64,000 bases of DNA, taken from assembly GCA_965203515.1 (NCBI GenBank), contig OZ241907.1, positions 3,872,001-3,936,000 of the forward strand, given 5' to 3'. The stretch is from Spirochaetia bacterium (GTDB lineage: Bacteria > Spirochaetota > Spirochaetia > SZUA-6 > Bin103). Position 1 is the stretch's first letter; each line of letters opens with the position of its first letter. A program made the translations under genes and the position numbers. Positions 22,660-31,321 of the stretch are shown here, one piece after another. The notes under the pieces were generated by a model. That model was given only the letters and a program-made list of their open reading frames with translations. It searched no databases and had not been told where the DNA came from.

Positions 22660-23271
22660 ATGGCGCTGATCAACCTGGCCGTCCGGGCCATCTTCATCGA
22701 GAACATCCTGCTGGCCTTCTTTCTGGGCATGTGCTCGTTCCTGGCCGTGTCCAAGCAGGTGAAGACCGCCATCGGGCTGGGCTTTGCGGTCATCTTCGTG
22801 CTCGGCATCACCGCGCCGATCAATTGGGCGGTCCACGAGTATCTGCTCAAGGACGGAGCCCTGGGCTGGGTCAGTCCGCAGATGGCCGACGTCGACCTCA
22901 GCTTCCTGAACTACGTCGCCTTCATCGCGGTCATCGCGGTGATGGTGCAGCTCGTCGAGATGGTGATCGAGAAGACCTCGACCGCGCTCTACACCGCGCT
23001 CGGCATCTACCTGCCGCTGATCACCGTCAACTGCTCGATTCTGGGTGGATCGCTGTTCCTGGTGGAGCGCAAGTACACCTTTCTGGAGTCGACGGTGTTC
23101 GGGTTGGGCTCCGGGATCGGCTGGATGCTGGCGATCGTCGCCCTGGCGGCGATCCGGGAGAAGATCCGGTATTCCAACGTCCCGCCGGCCTTGCGCGGGC
23201 TGGGCATCACCATGCTGCTGACCGGGCTGATGTCGGTAGCGTTCATGAGCTTCGCCGGCATCACGCTGTAA
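22660..23271 (+). CDS. nqrE: Na+-NQR subunit E
   Basis: [26 protein letters not shown]. Confidence 0.96.
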   Translation: MALINLAVRAIFIENILLAFFLGMCSFLAVSKQVKTAIGLGFAVIFVLGITAPINWAVHEYLLKDGALGWVSPQMADVDLSFLNYVAFIAVIAVMVQLVEMVIEKTSTALYTALGIYLPLITVNCSILGGSLFLVERKYTFLESTVFGLGSGIGWMLAIVALAAIREKIRYSNVPPALRGLGITMLLTGLMSVAFMSFAGITL

Positions 23272-23311
23272 CCGGCGCGACCGCAGGCAAGCTCGCTCAA
23301 GGAGGAATGTC

Positions 23312-24547
23312 GTGGCAGTCGTGATCGGCAGCGTCATCGTATTCCCGGTCGTCATCGTCGCGCTGACCCTGGCGCTGATGGCGGCGGAGACCCGACTGAA
23401 GCCCCGCGGCAAGGTCAAGATCACGGTCAACGGCGATCCGGACAAGGCGATCGAGACCGAGGCCGGCGGCACCCTGCTCAGCACGCTGTCCAACGCCGGC
23501 GTGATGCTGCCGTCGGCGTGCGGCGGCGGCGGCACCTGCGGGGTGTGCAAGTGCCAGGTGACCGCCGGCGGGGGCGACATCGCGCCGACCGAGCAGTCGC
23601 ACATCAACTACCGCGAGGCCAAGGAGAACTGGCGGCTCTCATGCCAGGTGAAGGTGCGGGAGGACATGGAGATCGTGGTCCCGGACGAGGTCTTCTCCAT
23701 CAACAAGTGGGAGTGCGAGGTGATCGGCAACCGGAGCGTGGCCACCTACATCCGCGAGTTCACCTTGAAGCTGCCGGAGGGCGAGGACCTCAACTTTCAG
23801 TCCGGCGGCTACATCCAGATCGAGGTGCCGCCCTTCGATGCCGACTTCAAGGACTTCGACGTCGAGGACGAGTACCTGGAGGAATGGACGCGGCTGGGCG
23901 TCCTCGACCTGCGCACCAAGAACGCGGAGACGGTGTCGCGGGCCTACTCGATGGCGAACCACCCGGCGGAGGGCAACGTCGTCATGCTCAACATCCGCAT
24001 CGCCACCCCGCCGGTCGACCGGGAGAAGCGGGCGTTCAAGGAGGTGATGCCCGGCGTGGCCTCCAGCTACGTCTACGGCCGCAAGGTCGGCGACCGGGTC
24101 ACCATCTCCGGACCGTACGGCGAGTTCTTCATGCAGGAGACCGACCGGGACATGTGCTACATCGGCGGCGGCGCCGGCATGGCGCCCCTGCGCTCGCACA
24201 TCTTTCACCTGTTCCACACGCTGAGGACCGGCCGCAAGGTGAGCTACTGGTACGGGGCGCGCTCGCGGCGCGAGATCTTCTACGAGGACCACTTCCGCAA
24301 GATCGAGCAGGAGTTTCCCAACTTCAGCTTCCACATCGCCCTGTCGGAGCCGTTGCCGGAGGACAACTGGGACGGACCGGTCGGCTTCATCCATCAGGTG
24401 GTGCTCGACGAATACCTGGACGATCACGAGGCGCCGGAGGACGTGGAGTACTACCTGTGTGGTCCTCCGCAGATGCTCAACGCCGTACGCAAGATGCTGG
24501 ACGACCTGGGCGTCGAGCCGGAGATGATCCGCTTCGACGAGTTCTAG
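23312..24547 (+). CDS. nqrF: Na+-NQR subunit F
   Basis: 2Fe-2S CGGGGTCGVC..C, RAYSMAN, GGGAGMAP, YLCGPP. Confidence 0.97.
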   Translation: MAVVIGSVIVFPVVIVALTLALMAAETRLKPRGKVKITVNGDPDKAIETEAGGTLLSTLSNAGVMLPSACGGGGTCGVCKCQVTAGGGDIAPTEQSHINYREAKENWRLSCQVKVREDMEIVVPDEVFSINKWECEVIGNRSVATYIREFTLKLPEGEDLNFQSGGYIQIEVPPFDADFKDFDVEDEYLEEWTRLGVLDLRTKNAETVSRAYSMANHPAEGNVVMLNIRIATPPVDREKRAFKEVMPGVASSYVYGRKVGDRVTISGPYGEFFMQETDRDMCYIGGGAGMAPLRSHIFHLFHTLRTGRKVSYWYGARSRREIFYEDHFRKIEQEFPNFSFHIALSEPLPEDNWDGPVGFIHQVVLDEYLDDHEAPEDVEYYLCGPPQMLNAVRKMLDDLGVEPEMIRFDEF

Positions 24548-24573
24548 GGGTAGGTCCCGACCATGTCGGCGCG

Positions 24574-25440
24574 ATGATCCTCAAGGGAGTCTACGGCGCG
24601 TTGCGCGCGGACCTGGACGCGACCGGGGGCGAGCTGGATCGGCAGATCGCATCGGTGATCGCAGGGCGCCGGGAACTGACCGGCGAGTACCCGCGGCTAC
24701 GGGCGCTGATCGAACAGCTCCGCTCGGTGCGCGGCAAGCTGCTGCGGCCGGTCCTGGTGCTGCTGGCGGCGCGCTCGGCGGGCGTCGCGGCAGCGTCGCC
24801 GGCGGTGATCCGGCTCGCGGCGGCGACCGAGCTGCTCCACTCGGCGTCGCTGATCCACGACGACATCATCGATCGGACCGACGTGCGGCGCGAGCGGGTG
24901 GCCGTGCACAAGCGGTTCGGCACGCAGATGGCGGTCTTGATCGGCGACGTGCTGTACGCGCAGTTCTTCGCCATCATCGCCGGACTGCCGGCGTCCGACT
25001 CGGTCCGGGTGGCGTTGTTCGAGCGGTTCTGCACCATCACCCGCGACATGTGCCTGGGCGAGATGGTGCAGCAGGGGGCGCTGCGCGGTGAGCTGCCGGT
25101 GCGGGAGCGGCTCTACCACGACGTGATCGACTCCAAGACCGCCGGCCTGATGTCCGGCTGCTGCTACGGCGGCGCCCTGGTCGCCGGCGTCGGCGCGGAT
25201 CGGGCGGACGCCTACGCCCGCTTCGGCCGCGCCTTCGGCACGGTGTTCCAGCTCATCGACGACTACCTGGACGGCGACGCGATCTACGGCGACCGCGCTG
25301 CGCTGCCCGGCCGGGCGCGGCGGAGCGCCGCGCAGGCGCACGCCGAGCTCGACCGGTTCGAGCCCGGCTCGGCGACCGAGCACCTCGCCTCACTGCTGCG
25401 CTACACCTTGGCGCGACCGGGGCACGAAGCGGTCGCGTAG
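24574..25440 (+). CDS. Polyprenyl diphosphate synthase family protein
   Basis: GKLLRP, LIHDDIID..RR (FARM), SKTA, FQLIDDYLD (SARM). Confidence 0.88.
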   Translation: MILKGVYGALRADLDATGGELDRQIASVIAGRRELTGEYPRLRALIEQLRSVRGKLLRPVLVLLAARSAGVAAASPAVIRLAAATELLHSASLIHDDIIDRTDVRRERVAVHKRFGTQMAVLIGDVLYAQFFAIIAGLPASDSVRVALFERFCTITRDMCLGEMVQQGALRGELPVRERLYHDVIDSKTAGLMSGCCYGGALVAGVGADRADAYARFGRAFGTVFQLIDDYLDGDAIYGDRAALPGRARRSAAQAHAELDRFEPGSATEHLASLLRYTLARPGHEAVA

Positions 25441-25545
25441 ACCTGTATGGCTCGGGTCGGCGTTCGCGCGCCGACCGGGGCCGCGCGGGGTGTCAGCGCG
25501 GTCGCTCAATGGCCGCCGGCGCCGGCCGGCCGTATATTCGGGCGC

Positions 25546-26250
25546 ATGGCAGCCGTCACGCTCGACGACGTACGGAAAGTATACGCCCTTGGCAAGACGG
25601 AGGTGCACGCCGTCAAGGGGGTCGGCTTCCGCATCCAGGAAGGCGAGTTCGTCTCCATCGCCGGCCCGTCCGGATCGGGCAAGACCACGATCCTCAACCT
25701 GATCGGCTGCATCGACACCCCCACCTCAGGGACGGTGAAGGTGATGGGCACCGACACCGCCGGCATGTCGGACCGCGCCGTCACGGACCTGCGCCACCAG
25801 GTGCTGGGGTTCATCTTCCAGTCCTTCAACCTGGTGCCGGTGCTGAACGTCACGGAAAACGTGGAGTTCCCCTTGCTGATCGGCAAGGCGCGCGTTCCCA
25901 AGGAGGAGCGGGCCGACTGGATCGGCCATCTGGTCGACGCCGTGGGGCTCGACCGGCACCGCGACCATCGGCCCGCCGAGCTGTCCGGCGGCCAGCGCCA
26001 GCGGGTGGCGATCGCCCGCGCCCTGGCCAACAAGCCGCGCATCGTGCTGGCCGACGAACCGACCGCCAATCTCGACTCGGCGACCAGCAAGCAGATCATC
26101 GAGCTGATGAAGCGCATGAACACCGAGCTGGGCACCACCTTCATCTTCTCCACGCACGACCCGGCGATCGTCGGCATCGCCGACCACATCATCCGCCTCA
26201 ACGACGGCCTGGTGACCGAGGATCGGCGGACCGAGGAGCGGGCCGCGTGA
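25546..26250 (+). CDS. ABC transporter ATP-binding protein (LolD/MacB-type)
   Basis: GPSGSGKT, LSGGQRQRVAIARAL, ADEPTANLD. Confidence 0.94.
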   Translation: MAAVTLDDVRKVYALGKTEVHAVKGVGFRIQEGEFVSIAGPSGSGKTTILNLIGCIDTPTSGTVKVMGTDTAGMSDRAVTDLRHQVLGFIFQSFNLVPVLNVTENVEFPLLIGKARVPKEERADWIGHLVDAVGLDRHRDHRPAELSGGQRQRVAIARALANKPRIVLADEPTANLDSATSKQIIELMKRMNTELGTTFIFSTHDPAIVGIADHIIRLNDGLVTEDRRTEERAA

Positions 26251-27746
26251 GCGTCGTCTGGCGCATCGCCATCCGCAACCTGCAGGAGCATCGCGCCAAG
26301 AGCCTGATCGTCGGCACGATCATCCTGGTCGGCACCTTCGTGCTGGTGGTCGGCAACTCGCTGATGGATTCGGCGACGGACGGCATCCGTCGGACGTTCA
26401 TCGACAACTTCACCGGCCACGTGGTCCTTACCGGCGTCGTCGATGCGCGGGTCAGCCTGTTCGGCGTGCAGAGCACCGACTTCCTGAACGTGCGCACGCC
26501 GCGGCTGGACGGCTTCGAATCGCTCCGCGACGCGGTAGCCGACCACCCGGACGTCGCGGCATGGAATCCGCAGGCCGAAACCAACGTCTCGATGAGCCTG
26601 CCGGGCCCGGACGGTACGACGTTGGGAGAGACGTTCGCGCAGGTCTGGGGCATCGATCCGGTGCGCTACCGCGCGATGTTTCCGGATGCCGTCGAGCTGA
26701 TCGCCGGCTCCTTCCTCGATCCCGATCAGGTGGGGTTGGTGCTGTCGGAGGAGTCCGCCAAGGAGCTTGCCGAATCGGCCGAGCGTGACGTGGCGCCCGG
26801 TGACCGGCTCCTGCTGACCGCCACCACGCAGGCCGGCATCAAGGTGCGGGAGGTGCCGGTCACCGGCATCTTCCGGTATCGCAACGCCATGCCGCAGATC
26901 GACACCACCTCGTTCGTCGACATCACGACGTTGCGCACGCTGGTGGGAATGACCGTGTCGGCGCCTGCGGAGGTGATCCTGAGCGACGAACAGATGGCGG
27001 GCCTCGGGTCGGTGGACGAGTCGGACCTGTTCGGTGGCGGCGGCGCCGGCGCCGCCGGCGGCGAGAGTCCGTTTCAGGACGGCCTGGTTCAGGAGATACC
27101 CGATGCCGCTGCCCCCGCCCTGCTCGATTTCGGCGACCGCGAGGAGACCGTGATCGACTCCGGCGCCTGGCACTTTCTGGTGGTCAAGCTGCACCGCCCC
27201 GGAGCCGCCGCCCGCGTGACCGCAGACCTGCAACGGGTCATCGACGACGGCGATCTCAACTCCCAGGTGATGGGCTGGCTGGATGCCGCCGCGCCGTTTT
27301 CGCAGCTCTCCAACGGATTCAGGACCGTCTTCAACGTGGTGATCATCGTCGTCGCCGTGGTCGCCGTGATCATCATCATGAACACGCTGGTGCTTTCGGT
27401 AACGGAGCGCATCAGCGAGATCGGCACCATGCGCGCCATCGGCGCGCGCAAGGGCTTCGTGCGGCGCATGATCGGCGCCGAGACGGTGACGCTGGCGTTC
27501 GTATTCGGCGCCGCCGGCGTCCTGTTCGGGCTGGCGGCGATGGGCGTGCTGGGCGCCACCGGCATCCGCGCCTCCAACCTGTTCCTGCGCGTCCTGTTCG
27601 GGGGCGAGGTGCTCAGGCCGACGATCTCGGCCGGTTCGGTGGCGTTCGCCCTGGTCATGGTGGCGGCTATCGCAGTGGTTTCCAGCATGTATCCGCTGGC
27701 GGTAGCGCTGCGCATCTCGCCCCGGCAGGCGATGGGGACCGGCTGA
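26247..27746 (+). CDS. FtsX/MacB-type ABC permease
   Basis: IAIRNL N-terminal TM, large periplasmic loop, ERISEIGTMRAIG; GTG overlaps the ATPase stop. Confidence 0.88.
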   Translation: MSVVWRIAIRNLQEHRAKSLIVGTIILVGTFVLVVGNSLMDSATDGIRRTFIDNFTGHVVLTGVVDARVSLFGVQSTDFLNVRTPRLDGFESLRDAVADHPDVAAWNPQAETNVSMSLPGPDGTTLGETFAQVWGIDPVRYRAMFPDAVELIAGSFLDPDQVGLVLSEESAKELAESAERDVAPGDRLLLTATTQAGIKVREVPVTGIFRYRNAMPQIDTTSFVDITTLRTLVGMTVSAPAEVILSDEQMAGLGSVDESDLFGGGGAGAAGGESPFQDGLVQEIPDAAAPALLDFGDREETVIDSGAWHFLVVKLHRPGAAARVTADLQRVIDDGDLNSQVMGWLDAAAPFSQLSNGFRTVFNVVIIVVAVVAVIIIMNTLVLSVTERISEIGTMRAIGARKGFVRRMIGAETVTLAFVFGAAGVLFGLAAMGVLGATGIRASNLFLRVLFGGEVLRPTISAGSVAFALVMVAAIAVVSSMYPLAVALRISPRQAMGTG

Positions 27747-29068
27747 TGCCGAGCGGGCTCCGCATCGCCTTTCGCAACACCGGCAGGCAGAAGAAGCGCA
27801 CCGTGCTGCTGGCCGGCGCGATCGCGTTCGGCGTCCTGGTGGTAACGCTGCTCAACGGGTTCACCGGCGGCGTGTCGCGCAACATCACGCGGACGGTGAC
27901 CGACCTGATCGGCGGCCACGTCTACGTGAACGGCACGGAGCTCACCGATTCCCGGCTGATCGTCAACGTCATCCGCGATACGGACGGCGGCTCCTCGCTG
28001 CAGGCGGCGGTCGATCAGGTGGCGGAGCAGATCGACATGACGAACCGTCGCAGCCGCACCCTGGCGACCCTGATCTTCGGCTCCAAGCAGACCAACCTGC
28101 TCCTGGACGGCGTCGACTGGGACGGAGAGCCGAGCTTCTTTCCCAGCCTGTCGCTGGTCGGCGGCGCGCTGCCGGGTCCGGCAGACCGCAGCGCCCTGAT
28201 CCTGCCGGTATCGGCGGCCGAGCGGCTGCGGGCGGAGGCGGGCGACCAGATTCTGGCGCGGCTGAGCACGGTCACCGGCCAGCAGAACGTCGGCGAGTTC
28301 GTGCTGGCCGCCATCGTCGAGGACTCCGGGATCGGCGGGTTTTCATCCGGCTTCGCCCGTCTGGATTACCTGGGAGAGCTGATCGGTACGGCTGCGGGAG
28401 AATACCAGATGCTGCACCTCTACTTGCGTGACCCGCGGCGGTCCGGCCAGGTGGCGGAGGCGTTGCGCGCCGGGCTGCCGACGGCGCCGGAGACCGACGA
28501 GGAGCAGGGCGGTGGAGGCGGCGGTCTCTTCGGCGGCGTCCGGCGGTTGGCCGACGACGACGAGTCGTGGGAAGGCACGCGGTACGGCGTCACTACCATC
28601 GACGACGTCATGGCGGAAACCTCGACGCTGTTTCGCGTGCTCAACACGGTCAGTCTGACCGTCTTTCTGATTCTGCTGACGATCACCATGGTCGGGGTGG
28701 TCAACACCTTCCGCATGGTGCTCCTGGAACGCATCCAGGAAATCGGCACCATGCGGGCGGTCGGCATGCAGCGCGGCGCGGTAAGAAGCATCTTCCTGAT
28801 GGAGGCCACCTTCATCGGCCTGATCGGCGCGGTGGCGGGGCTGGCGCTGGCCGCGGTCGCCATGGCGATCCTGGGCCAGGTCGAACTGCAGACCGACAGC
28901 CCGCTGCAGTTCTTTCTCGACGACGGCCGGCTCACCTTTGCCGTGCCGCCGCTGACGATGGTCGCCAACGTGGCGATTCTGGTCGTCTTGAGCCTGGGCG
29001 CGGCCGCCATCCCGGCGCGCCGCGCCGCGCGGCTCGACCCGGCCGTGGCGCTGCGCAGCTCCGCATGA
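27746..29068 (+). CDS. FtsX/MacB-type ABC permease
   Basis: IAFRN, ERIQEIGTMRAVG, PARRAARLDPAVALR. Confidence 0.88.
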   Translation: MPSGLRIAFRNTGRQKKRTVLLAGAIAFGVLVVTLLNGFTGGVSRNITRTVTDLIGGHVYVNGTELTDSRLIVNVIRDTDGGSSLQAAVDQVAEQIDMTNRRSRTLATLIFGSKQTNLLLDGVDWDGEPSFFPSLSLVGGALPGPADRSALILPVSAAERLRAEAGDQILARLSTVTGQQNVGEFVLAAIVEDSGIGGFSSGFARLDYLGELIGTAAGEYQMLHLYLRDPRRSGQVAEALRAGLPTAPETDEEQGGGGGGLFGGVRRLADDDESWEGTRYGVTTIDDVMAETSTLFRVLNTVSLTVFLILLTITMVGVVNTFRMVLLERIQEIGTMRAVGMQRGAVRSIFLMEATFIGLIGAVAGLALAAVAMAILGQVELQTDSPLQFFLDDGRLTFAVPPLTMVANVAILVVLSLGAAAIPARRAARLDPAVALRSSA

Positions 29069-29111
29069 CGGCCGCATCGGCCGGAGACGCACCGAGAGGA
29101 GGATTACACCC

Positions 29112-29891
29112 ATGATCGACCGAATTCGGAAGACGGCGTTGCCGCTCGTCGCCGGCCTGCTCGCCGGCGGTGCGCTCTGGGCAGCCGACGTCGATCCGCA
29201 GGCGCTGCTGGAGGAGATCGATCGGCAGCGCGACTTTGCCGGACAGGATTTCACGGCGGTCATGACGCTGGTGTCCGAAGACCCGGAGGACGGCGTGGAT
29301 CGCACGGTGGTGCAGCAGTTCCGCCGCGATGCGGACGACGCCTTCCTGATCCTGATCCGGGATCCGGCCGTGCAGCGCGGACAGGGCTATCTCAGGCAGG
29401 GCGACAACCTGTGGTTCTACGATCCGGAGAGCCGCAAGTTCTCCCACACGTCGCTGAAGGAGACGTTTCAGGGCACCGATGCCCGCAACTCCGACTTTGG
29501 CGATATCCGCTATGCCCGGGACTATGAGGTCCGGTCGATCGAGGACGGTCAGCTCGGGCGCTACCCGATATACGTCATGGACCTGGAGGCGAACACCGAT
29601 GAGGTCACCTATCCGTTCCTGAAGATGTGGGTCACGCGCGAGGGGAGTCTGATCCTGAAGACCGAGGACTACAGTCTGACCAAGCGGCTGATGCGCACCT
29701 CCTACTACCCGCGCTACGCCCGCGTCGGCGGCGCCGACGGCGTCGGCGGCTCGGTGGTGCCGACCGAGATGATCTTCGTCGACGAGCTGGTGGACGGACG
29801 GAAGACCCGGATCGACCTCAGCGATCTCTCCGCCGCGCGGATAGCGGATTCGGTCTTCACCAAGGCGTACGTAGAACGGGCCAACCGATGA
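29112..29891 (+). CDS. LolA-like 'outer membrane lipoprotein-sorting' periplasmic protein
   Basis: Signal peptide, GQGYL..DNLWFYDP, FQGTDARNSDF, SVFTKAYVE; context in the ABC operon. Confidence 0.75.
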   Translation: MIDRIRKTALPLVAGLLAGGALWAADVDPQALLEEIDRQRDFAGQDFTAVMTLVSEDPEDGVDRTVVQQFRRDADDAFLILIRDPAVQRGQGYLRQGDNLWFYDPESRKFSHTSLKETFQGTDARNSDFGDIRYARDYEVRSIEDGQLGRYPIYVMDLEANTDEVTYPFLKMWVTREGSLILKTEDYSLTKRLMRTSYYPRYARVGGADGVGGSVVPTEMIFVDELVDGRKTRIDLSDLSAARIADSVFTKAYVERANR

Positions 29892-31303
29892 TCGCGCGGG
29901 TGCGGGCGCTGCCGATCGGCATTGCGCTTGCCGTGCTGTTGTTCGCCGGCGCGGCGGGCGCCCAGACGATCGACAGTGACGAGGGATCGCTGTTCGGCTC
30001 GGCGGATGAGGCCGATCAGGGCGCGGCCGATGCGACGGCGCCGGCCGACATGTCGGATCTGTTCGCGGGCGACCTGATGACCGCGGCGGAGTCGGCGGAC
30101 GGCGCCGGCAGCGCGGAACAGGACCGGCCGGCGGTGGAGATCGGCGGCTCGTACCGATTCTCGCTGACCGGGCAGGCGGGGTGGCCGTCGCCGGCCGACC
30201 TGTGGGCTGCGCCGCTCGATCCCGACCGGCGGAGCATCGGGGTCGACCTGGGCGCGACCCTGTTCCTGGATGCGCGGCCGGCCGACGATTTCCGCGTGTT
30301 CGGCAAGGCGGCCATCAGCTATCCGTTCACCACCGACGACGATCCGGCGGCGCCCCGCACGTTCTCGGACATCGTCCGGGTGACCGAGCTGTTCTCCGAC
30401 TTCCAGCTCGGCGACAGCGTGTTCCTGCGCGGCGGCAAGCACACCATCGCCTGGGGGGTGGGGTACTTCTTCAGCCCGGCCGACGTGCTGAACCTCACGG
30501 CGATCGACCCGGAAGACCCGGAGGCCGACCGGGAGGGCCCGGTGTCGCTGCGCGCCAACCTGCCGATCGACTACAACAACCTCTATCTCTACGTGATCGC
30601 CGACCCGACGGCCGACGGCGTGAAGCCGGCGGTCGCGCCCAAGGCCGAGGTGGTGCTGGGGTCAGCCGAGATCGGCATCGGCGCCTACTACCATCCCGAC
30701 CGGGTGCCGCGCGCCATGCTGACGTTGAGCACCGGCCTGTGGGACGCGGAGGTGTTCGGAGAGCTGGAGGCGAGTCTGGGATCGGACCGGACCTTCGTAG
30801 AGCGGGATGCCGGCAGTCCGCTCGGGCTGCGGGCGGTGCGCCATGCCAACCGCGTGTTCGGCGCGGCGACCGGCGGGCTGCGCTACACGTACCGCCCCGA
30901 AGCGAACGACTGGTCGGCGACCTTCGCCGGCCAGTACCTGTGGAACGGCGAAGGCTACGCGGATCCGACCATTCTGCGCGAGCCGGGCATCCGCACGCTG
31001 ATCCGCAACCGGGCGCTGAGCCCTGCCGACCTGACCACCCTCCCCGGCCAGCACTACGCGGCGGCGTCGCTCAACCTGTCGCTGGGTACCGGGTCCGACT
31101 GGTCGGCGGGGGCGCTGTGGATCACCAACCTGAGCGACGGCTCGGGGCGCGTAGCGCCGTCGGTCACCTTCCGGCCGGCCGATCGGTTCAGCCTGCGCGC
31201 CGCCGCCACGTTCACCTATGGCGAGGCTGGCGCGGAGATGACGCCGTTCGGCAACCGCGTCGGCGCCTCCCTCACCGCCACCCTCGGCTCCGGCAGCTTC
31301 TGA
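29888..31303 (+). CDS. Secreted protein, probable outer-membrane beta-barrel
   Basis: Signal peptide (..AGAQ), GKHTIAWGVGYFFSPAD, alternating amphipathic strands, C-terminal Phe. Confidence 0.6.
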   Translation: MIARVRALPIGIALAVLLFAGAAGAQTIDSDEGSLFGSADEADQGAADATAPADMSDLFAGDLMTAAESADGAGSAEQDRPAVEIGGSYRFSLTGQAGWPSPADLWAAPLDPDRRSIGVDLGATLFLDARPADDFRVFGKAAISYPFTTDDDPAAPRTFSDIVRVTELFSDFQLGDSVFLRGGKHTIAWGVGYFFSPADVLNLTAIDPEDPEADREGPVSLRANLPIDYNNLYLYVIADPTADGVKPAVAPKAEVVLGSAEIGIGAYYHPDRVPRAMLTLSTGLWDAEVFGELEASLGSDRTFVERDAGSPLGLRAVRHANRVFGAATGGLRYTYRPEANDWSATFAGQYLWNGEGYADPTILREPGIRTLIRNRALSPADLTTLPGQHYAAASLNLSLGTGSDWSAGALWITNLSDGSGRVAPSVTFRPADRFSLRAAATFTYGEAGAEMTPFGNRVGASLTATLGSGSF

Positions 31304-31321
31304 CCCGCGCGGGCGTCCCCG

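Noticed and set aside
23518..24573. Long N-terminal extension of the polyprenyl synthase ORF (similarly 25509, 29627, 52242 and 52808 ORF starts)
   Set aside because: The extensions overlap upstream genes in another frame and are Arg/Gly-rich noise; true starts are downstream.
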